From a virus: a stretch of DNA of 35,935 nt. Location of the stretch: positions 1 to 35,935 of IMG/VR virus record IMGVR_UViG_3300035211_000022; one strand, written 5' to 3'. Both the position numbers and the translations under genes were made by a program. Shown here in pieces: positions 1 through 8,496 of this stretch. Each line of letters begins with the position of its first letter. Within the stretch, counting starts at the first letter, position 1. The notes beneath the pieces are model-generated. The model saw only the letters and a list, made by a program, of their open reading frames with translations, made no database searches and had not been told where the DNA came from.

Positions 1-127
1 CCAAGAAGAACAACACCGACATGTACGTGGAGCTGGTGAACGGCTCGATTATTCAGGTGGGCGGCTCCGACACCTACGACGCCTGGATGGGCACCAACCC
101 GGTGGGGATCATCTTCTCCGAGTACAG
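1..127. repeat. 127-bp terminal direct repeat, identical to 35809..35935 (assembly overlap; genome circular or circularly permuted, unit length 35808 bp)
   Basis: Bases 1-127 read identically to 35809-35935. The offset of 35808 is a multiple of 3, so the terminase frame is continuous across the junction. Confidence 0.9.
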
Positions 128-1067
128 CCTGCAGGATCCCTATGCCTGGGAGTATTTCCGCCCAATCCTGGCCGAAAACGACGGCTGGGCCCTGTTCATC
201 TACACCCCCAGGGGCCACAACCACGGCTACACCCTCTGGCGCAACGCCATGCGGCTGGCCAAGCGCGAGGGATCCGGCTGGTTCGCGCAGCTGCTGGACA
301 CCAACCAGACCGGGGCGATCTCACCCGAACGCATCCAGGAGGACATCGACAGCGGCATGAGCCAGGAAATGGCCGAACAGGAGTACGGCGTTTCCTTCGA
401 TGCCTTCAACTTCGGCGCTGTCTACGGGCGGCAGATGAAGAAGGCCTGGAAAGAGGGCCGGATCGGCTTCTTCCCGGCAGAGCCCGGCTTTCCCGTGCAC
501 ACCTCCCAGGACATTGGCCTGGGGGATCTCAATGCGATCTGGTTCTTCCAGATCCTTGGCGAGGAGGTGCGGATCGTCCACTACTACCAGAATTACAACG
601 AGCCCATGGGGCATTACATCGACTATATGCGCGAATGGTGCAAAGAGCATGACGCGCCGCTGGGGGACTGCTACGTGCCCCACGATATGAAAGTGCGCGA
701 GTACTCGAGCAACCGCCGGCGCCTGGATATCGCCCTGCAGGACCACGGCATGGACTATCAGCTGGTGCCAGATATCCCCAAGGAGGACGGGATCGAGGCC
801 GTCCGGGTGCTGCTGCCCCGCTGCAGGTTCAACGAGGAGGAAACCAGCCACGGGCTGGCCTGCCTCGAGGAATACGGCTACGAGTACGACGACAAGCAAA
901 AGACATTTAAGCGGACCCCGGCCCACAACTGGGCCAGCCACGGCGCCGACGCCTTCCGCTACCTGGCGGTGATCATCAAGGAGAAACTGGTGGCTGCCCG
1001 CTCAGGTGGCTATTCACAGACCGCCAAGGCGCTCGCCGCCGGCGAACAATGGAGCCCCTTCGACTGA
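1..1067 (+). CDS. terL: Terminase large subunit, C-terminal part (5' partial in window; continues from 35478..35935; about 465 aa when joined)
   Basis: The frame is open from base 3 (..KKNNTDMYVELVNGS..) and stops with TGA at 1065-1067. The same residues end the ORF at the window's 3' edge. The N-terminal part carries a Walker-A-like HRRAGKDKT. The gene sits after terS and before the portal. Confidence 0.85.
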   Translation, partial: KKNNTDMYVELVNGSIIQVGGSDTYDAWMGTNPVGIIFSEYSLQDPYAWEYFRPILAENDGWALFIYTPRGHNHGYTLWRNAMRLAKREGSGWFAQLLDTNQTGAISPERIQEDIDSGMSQEMAEQEYGVSFDAFNFGAVYGRQMKKAWKEGRIGFFPAEPGFPVHTSQDIGLGDLNAIWFFQILGEEVRIVHYYQNYNEPMGHYIDYMREWCKEHDAPLGDCYVPHDMKVREYSSNRRRLDIALQDHGMDYQLVPDIPKEDGIEAVRVLLPRCRFNEEETSHGLACLEEYGYEYDDKQKTFKRTPAHNWASHGADAFRYLAVIIKEKLVAARSGGYSQTAKALAAGEQWSPFD

Positions 1068-1522
1068 TGCCATTCACCAACCAGCGCCCGCATTCACTGT
1101 TTGACCACAACCCCCTACAGGACGGGGAGGTGGACGTGGATTGGATCCTAATCTTCGAGGACACCGAGGCCGAATACTGGTGGAGCAGGATCCTCAAGCC
1201 GGGCTTTCAGCACGTGACGGCAGTCCGCTGGGACGGCTACAACTGGGTGATGGTGGCGCCCCTGCTGGGGGTGATGCGGGTGGAGATCCTGCCGTTCAGG
1301 TACCACGAGAGGCCCGAAACGTGGTGGATCAGCCACGGCAAGACAAAACCCACCTTCATGCACGTTAAGCGCCGCACTAACCCCAGGAAAGTCAGAAATC
1401 CGCTGGTTTGGGGGCCGGTAACGTGCGTTGAAACCATAAAATCGCTGCTGGGGGTGGGAAAATTTGCTATTTTTACGCCATACCAACTGTATCGGCACCT
1501 TAAAGGAGACGACCATGGGTAG
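1049..1522 (+). CDS. Hypothetical protein (157 aa; alternative ATG at 1067 overlapping the terL stop)
   Basis: ORF in the same direction as its neighbours, tiled against terL, with a globular-looking sequence (..GFQHVTAVRWDGYNWVMVAP..TCVETIKSLLGV..). No family recognised. Confidence 0.6.
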   Translation: MEPLRLMPFTNQRPHSLFDHNPLQDGEVDVDWILIFEDTEAEYWWSRILKPGFQHVTAVRWDGYNWVMVAPLLGVMRVEILPFRYHERPETWWISHGKTKPTFMHVKRRTNPRKVRNPLVWGPVTCVETIKSLLGVGKFAIFTPYQLYRHLKGDDHG

Positions 1523-1715
1523 TGGTGGCGGCGGTGGGGGCGGACCCACAGACGAGCAGCGCGAGCTGGAGGAAATGCAGCTGGAGGAGCTTAAAGAGCT
1601 GCGCCGGCGAGAGGCCAGGGCCAGGGCGGCGGTGAGCCGTTCAAGGCGCGGGCGCGCTTCCCTGCTGCGCAATCAGGGCGGCGAGGCCGGTATCCCGAGC
1701 GGTAACGACACATGA
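1515..1715 (+). CDS. Small Gly-run / charged coiled-coil protein (66 aa)
   Basis: ATG at 1515 lies 6 nt after AAGGAG (1503-1508). Sequence MGSGGGGGGGPTDEQRELEEMQLEELKELRRREARARAAVSRSRR... Its stop overlaps the next ATG (ATGA). Confidence 0.6.
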   Translation: MGSGGGGGGGPTDEQRELEEMQLEELKELRRREARARAAVSRSRRGRASLLRNQGGEAGIPSGNDT

Positions 1716-1930
1716 AGAAGCGCGATCAGCACGTAACCACCGGCAAGCGCCAGCGCCGCGGCAAGCCCAGCAGCAGGCGCCCCAGGCGCGGCGATAGCGT
1801 AGGGCCCAGCTCCCCGCGCTACAGCGGCACATCAAACGCCCCTATTGAGCCCGTGACGATTGAGGGCGAGCGCCAGGACGCAGTACCCAAGCCTGGGCAG
1901 CAGCCGGGGCGCCCACAGAGGAGACAATAG
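1712..1930 (+). CDS. Highly basic small protein (72 aa, R/K/Q/P-rich)
   Basis: ATGA overlap with the upstream ORF. G/C-ending codons dominate. It tiles exactly to the next ORF. Confidence 0.45.
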   Translation: MKKRDQHVTTGKRQRRGKPSSRRPRRGDSVGPSSPRYSGTSNAPIEPVTIEGERQDAVPKPGQQPGRPQRRQ

Positions 1931-1932
1931 CA

Positions 1933-2115
1933 ATGTCCGACTTTCAGCTACCCACATCCGCCCAGGTGCAGCAGCGCAATGCAACCGAGGATCGCCGCCG
2001 CTCAGTGAGGAACCAGCAGCGGCGCACCAGAACTGCAGGCACCTGGACCGACAGATCCATGATGGCCGGCCCCACCTACCGCGGGCAGGGCTTGAATCGC
2101 AACCTTGGAGCCTGA
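1933..2115 (+). CDS. Basic small protein (60 aa)
   Basis: ATG is preceded by GAGGAG at about 9 nt. The ORF ends 1 nt before the portal ATG. Confidence 0.5.
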   Translation: MSDFQLPTSAQVQQRNATEDRRRSVRNQQRRTRTAGTWTDRSMMAGPTYRGQGLNRNLGA

Positions 2116-2116
2116 C

Positions 2117-3697
2117 ATGCCTAAGACGCCAACTACCCCCGAACGTCCCAGCTACATGGACGACGCCAAGGCGCTGATCAAGCGTTTCGAGTCCGCGGCC
2201 CAGCGCAAGGCCTTGTGGAATGATCACTTCGAGCAGTGCTACGCCTACGCGCTCCCCCACCGCGAACACTTCAACGGCGAGGTGCGGGGCGCCAAGAAGA
2301 ACACCCACATTTACGACAGCACCGCCGTGGACGCCGTGCAGCGGTTCAAGTCTCGCCTGCAGGCGAACGTATGCCCGCCCTGGCGCCAGTGGACCAAGTA
2401 CACCCCCGGGTCAAACACCCCCAAGAAGGAGCGCGAGAACACCAAGCTTATCGAGGCGATGGACGACGCGACCGATATTTTCTTCGACCACATGAACCAT
2501 TCCAATTTCGACGTGGAGGTGAATGAAGCCTTCGGCGATCTGGCCGTCTCCACCGGCGCGCTGCTGTCCGAATACGAGGTGCGGGAGGGTAAGCTGCGGC
2601 TGATCTTCACTGCCTGCCCCCTGGGGGAGCTGGTGCTGGAGGAGGGGCCGAACGGCATTATTGAAACCGTGTGGCGCCAGCGCAAGATCCCGCTGCGCAA
2701 CGTGGAGCGCACCTGGAAGGGCGCCAAGCTGGAGGGGAAGCTGGCAAAGCAGGCCGAGAGCAAGCCGGACGAGGAAAAGGTCTTCGTGGAGGGGGTGGTC
2801 TATGACCCCGAGGCAGACCACTACTTCGGCGTGGCCATCGAGAAGGGCAGCAAGGCCATTGTCTGGCGCGGGGATTACAAGGTGAGCCCCTGGATTGTCT
2901 TCCGCTGGGCGGTCAAGCCCGGCGAGATTTACGGCCGCGGCCCGGTCATGTTTGCCCTGCCCGACATCCTCACGGCAAACAAGGTGGTTGAGTACGTGCT
3001 GCGAAACGCCGCCATGGCGATCTCAGGGGTCTACACGTCGACCGATGCCGAGGTGGTCAACCCCTACACCGCCCGGTTCGCCCCATCAATGATCATCCCG
3101 GTTCGCTCGAACGACAACCAAAACCCCACCCTGCGGCCCCTGGAGCGTTCCGGGGACTTCAACGTGGCGCAGCTGGTGCTGGATGAGCTGCGCGAGAACA
3201 TCAAGCGAGCCCTGTATAACAACCTACGCACCGCCGAGGGCCCGGTGAAGTCGGCCACCGAGATCGCCCTGGACCACATGGAGCTGGTACAGGACACCGG
3301 ATCCGCCTTCGGGCGCCTGCAGACAGAGCTGATCGCCCGGCTTGTGCGGCGCGTAAGCCACATCCTGGCCAAGGAGGGCAAGCTGCCCGAAATGCTGATC
3401 GACGGCGAGGACGTGGACCTGCAGCACACCAGCCCGCTCGCCCAGGCCCAGGATCAGGCGGACATTATCACCGTCCAGCAGACCCTGGAGACGGTCATGC
3501 CGCTTGGCATGGAGGCTGTCGGCGTGAGTCTGCGGGTGGAGGATATCCCCGGCTATGTGGCCAAGAAGGCCGGCTTCCCCGGCGAGCTGCAGCGCGAGGA
3601 GGGGGAACAGCAGACCATGAAAGAACAGATCCGCGACCTGGTTGTGCAGCAGATCGCGGCCCAACAGGCAGCCCAGCAGGGCGGAGGTGACAAGTGA
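2117..3697 (+). CDS. Portal (head-to-tail connector) protein, podovirus/T7-like type (526 aa)
   Basis: ATG 2117 lies 6 nt after GGAG (2107-2110); the ORF track's TTG at 2105 is less likely. Size, position after terL and sequence style (..HIYDSTAVDAVQRFKSRLQANV..) fit head-tail connector proteins. Confidence 0.8.
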   Translation: MPKTPTTPERPSYMDDAKALIKRFESAAQRKALWNDHFEQCYAYALPHREHFNGEVRGAKKNTHIYDSTAVDAVQRFKSRLQANVCPPWRQWTKYTPGSNTPKKERENTKLIEAMDDATDIFFDHMNHSNFDVEVNEAFGDLAVSTGALLSEYEVREGKLRLIFTACPLGELVLEEGPNGIIETVWRQRKIPLRNVERTWKGAKLEGKLAKQAESKPDEEKVFVEGVVYDPEADHYFGVAIEKGSKAIVWRGDYKVSPWIVFRWAVKPGEIYGRGPVMFALPDILTANKVVEYVLRNAAMAISGVYTSTDAEVVNPYTARFAPSMIIPVRSNDNQNPTLRPLERSGDFNVAQLVLDELRENIKRALYNNLRTAEGPVKSATEIALDHMELVQDTGSAFGRLQTELIARLVRRVSHILAKEGKLPEMLIDGEDVDLQHTSPLAQAQDQADIITVQQTLETVMPLGMEAVGVSLRVEDIPGYVAKKAGFPGELQREEGEQQTMKEQIRDLVVQQIAAQQAAQQGGGDK

Positions 3698-4008
3698 GCG
3701 ACAGAATGACAGAGGCCCTGCGCGAGGTGGGCGACCTGAACGGCTGGGACGTCCTGGACCTGGACAATCAGGCCTACAAGAACCTGCAGCGGGTCAGTGA
3801 GGAGGAAGCAGCGGCCATGACCGCTGCCTTTCATGCCTGTTTCACCGCCCCGGCAGGCAAAAAGGTGCTTGACCGCCTGATCGCCATGACCCTGATCAGT
3901 CCGACCATTCACCCCAACGACACCCAGTTTCAGGCCGGCATCCGCGAGGGCCGCGCTGATCTGGTACGTCAAATCCTGCGCGAGATCGCCCGCGCAGAGA
4001 ACCTGTAG
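3694..4008 (+). CDS. Small conserved phage protein after the portal, possibly Bbp19-like (104 aa)
   Basis: GTG 3694 lies 6 nt after GGAGG and overlaps the portal stop (GTGA). The motif FTAPAGKKVLDRL..FQAGIREGRADLVRQILREI resembles the Bbp19-type family as recalled. This is unverified. Confidence 0.7.
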   Translation: MSDRMTEALREVGDLNGWDVLDLDNQAYKNLQRVSEEEAAAMTAAFHACFTAPAGKKVLDRLIAMTLISPTIHPNDTQFQAGIREGRADLVRQILREIARAENL

Positions 4009-4017
4009 GGGGCCGCC

Positions 4018-4269
4018 ATGTTCAAGTGGATCAAAGAGAAGATCAGCGACTTCCTGGCATGGCGCCGCGGCGAGCGCAGAATTGCCCCACCCGGCACCCG
4101 TGGCCGCGTCTATGCAGGGTCAAAGGACAGCGCCACCGACGTTCACGGCTCCAAGGCGGAGCCCAAGATGGTGCTTAAAGCCCGAATCCTGCGCGCCAAC
4201 GGCGACGTGGAGGAGCTGGGCGTAATTTCCGACAACGTGAGAATTGAGCGAGGACAGGAAAATGGCTGA
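4018..4269 (+). CDS. Hypothetical protein (83 aa)
   Basis: ATG-initiated ORF tiled within the structural operon. Confidence 0.55.
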   Translation: MFKWIKEKISDFLAWRRGERRIAPPGTRGRVYAGSKDSATDVHGSKAEPKMVLKARILRANGDVEELGVISDNVRIERGQENG

Positions 4270-4612
4270 CATCTTCACAGCAGTAGGCGAGGGGTTTATT
4301 GTCGACCTCCTGGACGCTTTCGGCAACTACTACGGCGCCTGGGGCACCGGGGCCGGGACGCACGACAAGAACAGTACAACCCTTTTTACCGAGGCCAGCG
4401 AGTCGCGGGTGATCACCACCGACACCCAGCCGGCCGCCGATACGATGCAGTGGCTCTACACCATGACCGCGGACGGGGCGAAGACGATCACCAATGCCGG
4501 GATCTTCGATGCTGCCAGCAGCGGCAATTTGGTGGTTGCCTCTGACTTCACCGGGATCGCCCTGGGCGCCGGGGACAAGATCGAGTTCACCTTTCAGTTG
4601 CAGCTTGGCTAG
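4262..4612 (+). CDS. Hypothetical virion-module protein (116 aa)
   Basis: ATG 4262 (MADIFTAVGEGF..) overlaps the upstream stop region. The pattern ..ITNAGIFDAASSGNLVVASDF..GDKIEFTFQLQL resembles small beta-sandwich fibre/decoration domains. Confidence 0.65.
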   Translation: MADIFTAVGEGFIVDLLDAFGNYYGAWGTGAGTHDKNSTTLFTEASESRVITTDTQPAADTMQWLYTMTADGAKTITNAGIFDAASSGNLVVASDFTGIALGAGDKIEFTFQLQLG

Positions 4613-4619
4613 GTGATCC

Positions 4620-5906
4620 GTGGCGGTTCCGGTCCTTGAGGACTTCACCTCCAATAACACCGGCGGGAGCAATAGCGACGGGATCACCCTGAGCTATCCC
4701 GCCACGGTCAATAGTGGCGATCTGCTCATCGCGCTGGTGGGCAGCGATAACACCTTCGGCGGCGACTATTGGGACACCATCACCGGCTGGACCCGGATCG
4801 GCACCTGTGGCGACACAACCTCAGACTGCAGCGGCGCGGCCTATTACCGGGTAGCCGACGGGAGCGAAACCGGCACCGTCGACTTCACCGAGGGCGGCTT
4901 CACCAACAACGCCACCGGCTACATGCTGCGGATCAGTGGGGCGGACGGCACCAACCCCATCAATGACTCCGCCTTTGGCCAGAGCAGCAGCAGCTCCAGC
5001 TCCCACACCGCGCCCAGCGTCACCACGGACGTTGACGACACGCTGAACATCGCCGGGATCGTCACGGATGGCGGCGATCTCGCACCGTTCACCGTCACCG
5101 GCACCGGGTGGACTGAGGAGGCAGAGCAGCAGAACAGCAATAGCGGCACCACCGCGGCCCAGTGCTTCGCCAGCAAGGAGCAGGCCAGCTCAGGCTCCAG
5201 CACCGGGGCGACCTTCGGCTGCAGCGCCAGCGACGGGGCCGCCTACCTGCAGCTGGCCGTGGCCCCGACCACCGGCGGCGCCTCAACCACCCCCAAGTCA
5301 GTCAGCGCCAGCGCCACCGGCACCCCGTCAGCCTCCCTGGCCATCGAATACCTGCAGTCCGCGCAAGCAACCGCCACCGGCACCCCCTCGCTGGGCCGCC
5401 TGATTGGCGCTATCAAGCAGATCGCCGCCACCGGCACCCCCTCGCTGGCCACGGTAGCCACCCACTACAAGCAGGTTTCGGCGAGTGCCACCGGCACCCC
5501 GTCGCTGGCCTACTCCTCAGTGCTGGGCATGCTCCTGCAGGTCACTGCCACCGGCACCGCCAGCGCGGCGACTGTCACGCAGTGGTACCACGACGCCCAG
5601 GCAGCAGCCACCGGCACGGCATCCAGGCTGTCCGAGCTGTTCAACGCGCCAAGCATGACGGCCGTTGCCACCGCGGCCGTGGTCCGCAAGGTCATGCGCA
5701 CCGTTCAGATCGGCGCCACGGGTACCGCTTCGCAGGAAAACGGTCTATTATCACAGCTATCGCGTGGATTTAGCGCCACCGGCACCGCAAGCAGCGCGCA
5801 GTCCTACATTGCCGGGCTGTCCGTGCAGGCGGGGAGACTACTTAGGGCGATCAGGCGCGTACTGCTGCGCCCGCTCTTGAGAAAAATCTTTAACGAGGAG
5901 GAGTAG
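4620..5906 (+). CDS. Repeat-containing structural-module protein (428 aa): N-terminal globular domain plus nine 20-aa ATGT(P/A)S repeats
   Basis: GTG 4620 is the first possible start after an in-frame TGA, with AGGTGA just upstream. The ORF has a Ser-run linker and a periodic C-terminal half. Confidence 0.75.
   Translation: MAVPVLEDFTSNNTGGSNSDGITLSYPATVNSGDLLIALVGSDNTFGGDYWDTITGWTRIGTCGDTTSDCSGAAYYRVADGSETGTVDFTEGGFTNNATGYMLRISGADGTNPINDSAFGQSSSSSSSHTAPSVTTDVDDTLNIAGIVTDGGDLAPFTVTGTGWTEEAEQQNSNSGTTAAQCFASKEQASSGSSTGATFGCSASDGAAYLQLAVAPTTGGASTTPKSVSASATGTPSASLAIEYLQSAQATATGTPSLGRLIGAIKQIAATGTPSLATVATHYKQVSASATGTPSLAYSSVLGMLLQVTATGTASAATVTQWYHDAQAAATGTASRLSELFNAPSMTAVATAAVVRKVMRTVQIGATGTASQENGLLSQLSRGFSATGTASSAQSYIAGLSVQAGRLLRAIRRVLLRPLLRKIFNEEE
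5313..5790 (+). repeat. In-frame tandem repeat; GCCACCGGCACC (ATGT) anchors at 5313, 5373, 5427, 5487, 5547, 5607, 5667 (degenerate), 5715 (degenerate) and 5775
   Basis: Anchor spacing counted from the sequence is 60, 54, 60, 60, 60, 60, 48 and 60 nt. Confidence 0.85.
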
Positions 5907-6191
5907 ATGGCCACGGTACAGAAGACGATCACGGCAGAGGATACCTGGACCGACTGGCTCCCGTTCCGCGGATCCGGTCGGCATGAGTTCGCCCTGGACA
6001 TCGCCGGCACCTTCTCGGCCACAGTCACGGTGCAGATCAGGCGCTCCAATGGGGACGCCGTGATCGACCTCGAGGACTTCACCGAGGCCGCTGCGCGGAT
6101 CGGGGAGAATGTCGGATCCTTCGATATCAGGGCCGGCGTGAAGGCCGGCAACTTCACAAGCGGTGAGATCAACGTAGAGCTGAACGACTAA
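5907..6191 (+). CDS. Hypothetical protein (94 aa)
   Basis: ATG immediately follows the upstream TAG and GAGGAGGAG. Confidence 0.65.
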   Translation: MATVQKTITAEDTWTDWLPFRGSGRHEFALDIAGTFSATVTVQIRRSNGDAVIDLEDFTEAAARIGENVGSFDIRAGVKAGNFTSGEINVELND

Positions 6192-6216
6192 CCCAGGCAG
6201 AAAAGGAGAGTATAAG

Positions 6217-7110
6217 ATGTTGATTAATAAGCACTTTTTCAAATACTACGAGGAGGCTGGCGATGAGGGCACCCCTGGCGGTGGTTCTGGCGGCGACGGC
6301 GATCCTGGACAGGACAAGGGCGATCCCGGTGCAGGTGATGGAGATTCTTTGTTGGCTGGCGCTGGCAACAACCGCGGATCCGGCGATGCTGGCGATGGTG
6401 ATCCCGGTGATGGCGGCGAGGGCAGCAAGGACTGGTTCCTGGCCGAGGGGGTCAAGGGCGAAGGGGACAAGCCGGATTGGTTCCTGGCCGACAAGTACAA
6501 ATCGGTGGAGGAGCAGGCAAAGGCTTACCCGGAATTGGCAAAGAAGCTGGGAGGCTTTACGGGAGCCCCCGAGCAGTACGAGCTGACGATGCCCGAGGGG
6601 ATCGAGGGCGAGGTACGCACCGAGGATCCCCTGCTCACCACGTTTGTGGATGTGGCCAAAGAGCTGAACATGAGCCAGGACGCCTTCAACAAGGTGCTGC
6701 ACACCTACATTGCCCAGGAGGCGGAGGCGATCAATACGGACATCGCCGGCGAAATGGAGAAGCTTGGACCCAACGCCAAGGCCCGCGTGGACGCCGTAGC
6801 TGATTGGGCCAAGGCAAACCTGGACGAGGAGCAGTTCTCGGCGGTCTACAACATGGCCACCTCGGCGGCGAACATCCAGGCCCTGGAGGCGATCATTGGC
6901 ATCAACCGCGAGGGCCGGCTTGGCAATGATGGGGGCGGAAACCCCGGGATGTCCAAGGAGGAGCTCAAGGCCATGCGCTTCGCCACCAACGAGCACGGGC
7001 AGCGCCTCATGGAGGTAGACCCCGAGTACCGCCGCAAGGTGGAGAAGGCCTACCGCGATGCCTACGGCGACGCCCCGCGCAAGGAGATCGTCCACGGACG
7101 CGGCGAATAG
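6217..7110 (+). CDS. Capsid scaffolding protein (297 aa)
   Basis: AAAAGGAGAG lies upstream. The N-terminus is G/D-rich and disordered, followed by DKYKSVEEQAKAYPELAKKLG, typical of phage scaffold proteins. The gene is directly upstream of the major capsid gene. Confidence 0.8.
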   Translation: MLINKHFFKYYEEAGDEGTPGGGSGGDGDPGQDKGDPGAGDGDSLLAGAGNNRGSGDAGDGDPGDGGEGSKDWFLAEGVKGEGDKPDWFLADKYKSVEEQAKAYPELAKKLGGFTGAPEQYELTMPEGIEGEVRTEDPLLTTFVDVAKELNMSQDAFNKVLHTYIAQEAEAINTDIAGEMEKLGPNAKARVDAVADWAKANLDEEQFSAVYNMATSAANIQALEAIIGINREGRLGNDGGGNPGMSKEELKAMRFATNEHGQRLMEVDPEYRRKVEKAYRDAYGDAPRKEIVHGRGE

Positions 7111-7134
7111 CCACTACCCCACAGCCCCAGCGGC

Positions 7135-7162
7135 TTGACTGTGCCGCCGCTGGGGCTATAAT
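7135..7162 (+). promoter_or_regulatory. Near-consensus sigma70 promoter, TTGACT-N16-TATAAT, upstream of the major capsid gene
   Basis: TTGACT is at 7135-7140 and TATAAT at 7157-7162, in the scaffold-capsid intergenic region. It is embedded in an 11-bp inverted repeat (7123-7133 / 7147-7157). Confidence 0.6.
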
Positions 7163-7296
7163 CCCCCGTAACACCCACCACAAGACGGACACCCTGGATC
7201 CCCAGGCCCGCAACAGGTAGGCATCCACCCGGCCCGCCATGCGGACACCCGGAAAAGAGCTAGTAACTATTCTTTTTCGACAATGAGGATCTAGTC

Positions 7297-8142
7297 ATGT
7301 CTAAGCATCTTTCAGCAGCAGCCCAGGAAGAGTTTGACGACGAGGTAAAACACGCCTTCCAAACCATGGGCGGGCTCCGCGATACCGTCACCGTCCGCAA
7401 TAACGTGGTCGGCGATACCTACAACTTCCGCAAAATGGGCAAGGGCCTTGCCAACCAGAAGGCCACCCAGGAAGACGTAACCCCGATGAACGTGAGCCAT
7501 TCCAAGCCGCAGGCCACCCTGACCAACTGGAACGCTCCCGAATACACCGATGTTTTCGACGCCGCCGAGGTCAACTTCGACGAGCAGCAGGAGCTGGCCT
7601 ACACCATCGCCGCTGCCCTTGGCCGTCGTCTCGATCAGCTGATCATCGACGCCATGGACAATGCCAGCGCCTACGCCGGCACCGTCACTACCGCCATCGG
7701 TGGCGCGGACTCTGGAATGAACGTCGCCAAGGTGCGCCGCGCCAAGCGTTACCTGGACGATAAGGGTGTGCCGGGCATGGACCGTCACATGCTGATCTCC
7801 GCGATCGGCCTGGAAACCATGCTGGCGGAGACTGAAACCACCAGCTCCGACTACAACACCGTTAAGGCCCTGGTGAGCGGCGAGCTGGACACCTTCGTGG
7901 GCTTCAAGTTCCACGTCATCGAGTCCCGCGACGAGGGCGGCTTGAGTGTTGGCGCCGGCGACGTCCGCGACGGCTTCGCCTACCACAAGAGCGCCATCGG
8001 CCTCGCCATCGGCATCGACATCCGCACTGAGGTGAACTACATCGCCAACAAGACTTCCTGGCTGGCGAATGGCCTCATGAAAGCGGGTGCTGCCATCCGC
8101 GACACCGACGGCATCGTTAAGGTCCAGTCTGACGAAACCTGA
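7297..8142 (+). CDS. Major capsid protein (281 aa, HK97-fold type presumed)
   Basis: GAGGA lies 7 nt upstream. The position after the scaffold, the size and the sequence style (..NFDEQQELAYTIAAALGRRLDQLIIDAM..) fit capsid proteins. Confidence 0.8.
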   Translation: MSKHLSAAAQEEFDDEVKHAFQTMGGLRDTVTVRNNVVGDTYNFRKMGKGLANQKATQEDVTPMNVSHSKPQATLTNWNAPEYTDVFDAAEVNFDEQQELAYTIAAALGRRLDQLIIDAMDNASAYAGTVTTAIGGADSGMNVAKVRRAKRYLDDKGVPGMDRHMLISAIGLETMLAETETTSSDYNTVKALVSGELDTFVGFKFHVIESRDEGGLSVGAGDVRDGFAYHKSAIGLAIGIDIRTEVNYIANKTSWLANGLMKAGAAIRDTDGIVKVQSDET

Positions 8143-8185
8143 TCGCCGGCCTGATAACACTGGTAATTACTGAGGAGATAGCACA

Positions 8186-8464
8186 ATGGCTTTTGATCGT
8201 GACAACTTCTGTGCAGCATCCAGTCAGGCCAACGACAGCGCGCCGCGGCTCTGGATGTATCGCACTACCGACACCCTGGCGGACTGCAACACCGCCGGTT
8301 ATTTCAACTCGGTGGTCAATGAGGTCAACGTGGGCGACCTGATTTATGCCCATGTGGACACGGACGGCACCCCCGCCTATGTCCTGTTGCCCGTTGTCTC
8401 TAACGATGGTTCCGCAGTGGACGTGTCTGACGGCACTTCCCTGGAAACCACCGACACGGACTAG
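8186..8464 (+). CDS. Small protein after the capsid gene (92 aa), possible head decoration or minor structural protein
   Basis: GAGGAG lies upstream. Sequence ..APRLWMYRTTDTLADCNTAGYFNSVVNEVNVGDLIYAHV.. The function is inferred from position only. Confidence 0.65.
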   Translation: MAFDRDNFCAASSQANDSAPRLWMYRTTDTLADCNTAGYFNSVVNEVNVGDLIYAHVDTDGTPAYVLLPVVSNDGSAVDVSDGTSLETTDTD

Positions 8465-8496
8465 AGTTAGCCCTTTGGGCTGCCTGGGAGGGGGCG

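Noticed and set aside
1-127. The terminal repeat as a biological direct terminal repeat of a T7-like genome.
   Set aside because: It lies in the middle of the terL coding sequence and is exactly 127 bp. An assembly overlap of a circular or permuted genome is far more likely. It cannot be excluded without read-level terminus analysis.
5313-5790. Regular ~60-nt repeats that could superficially suggest a CRISPR array, or a DGR variable/template repeat pair (given the Bbp19-like gene typical of BPP-1-type phages).
   Set aside because: The repeats are in frame inside a continuous ORF and encode a conserved peptide motif. There are no unique spacers of constant length and no cas genes. No reverse transcriptase is found anywhere in the genome, and there is no second adenine-mismatched copy.
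7123-7157. The 11-bp GC-rich inverted repeat as a rho-independent terminator after the scaffold gene.
   Set aside because: No T-tract follows it on the plus strand, and it overlaps a near-consensus promoter. It is reported as a regulatory curiosity rather than called as a terminator.
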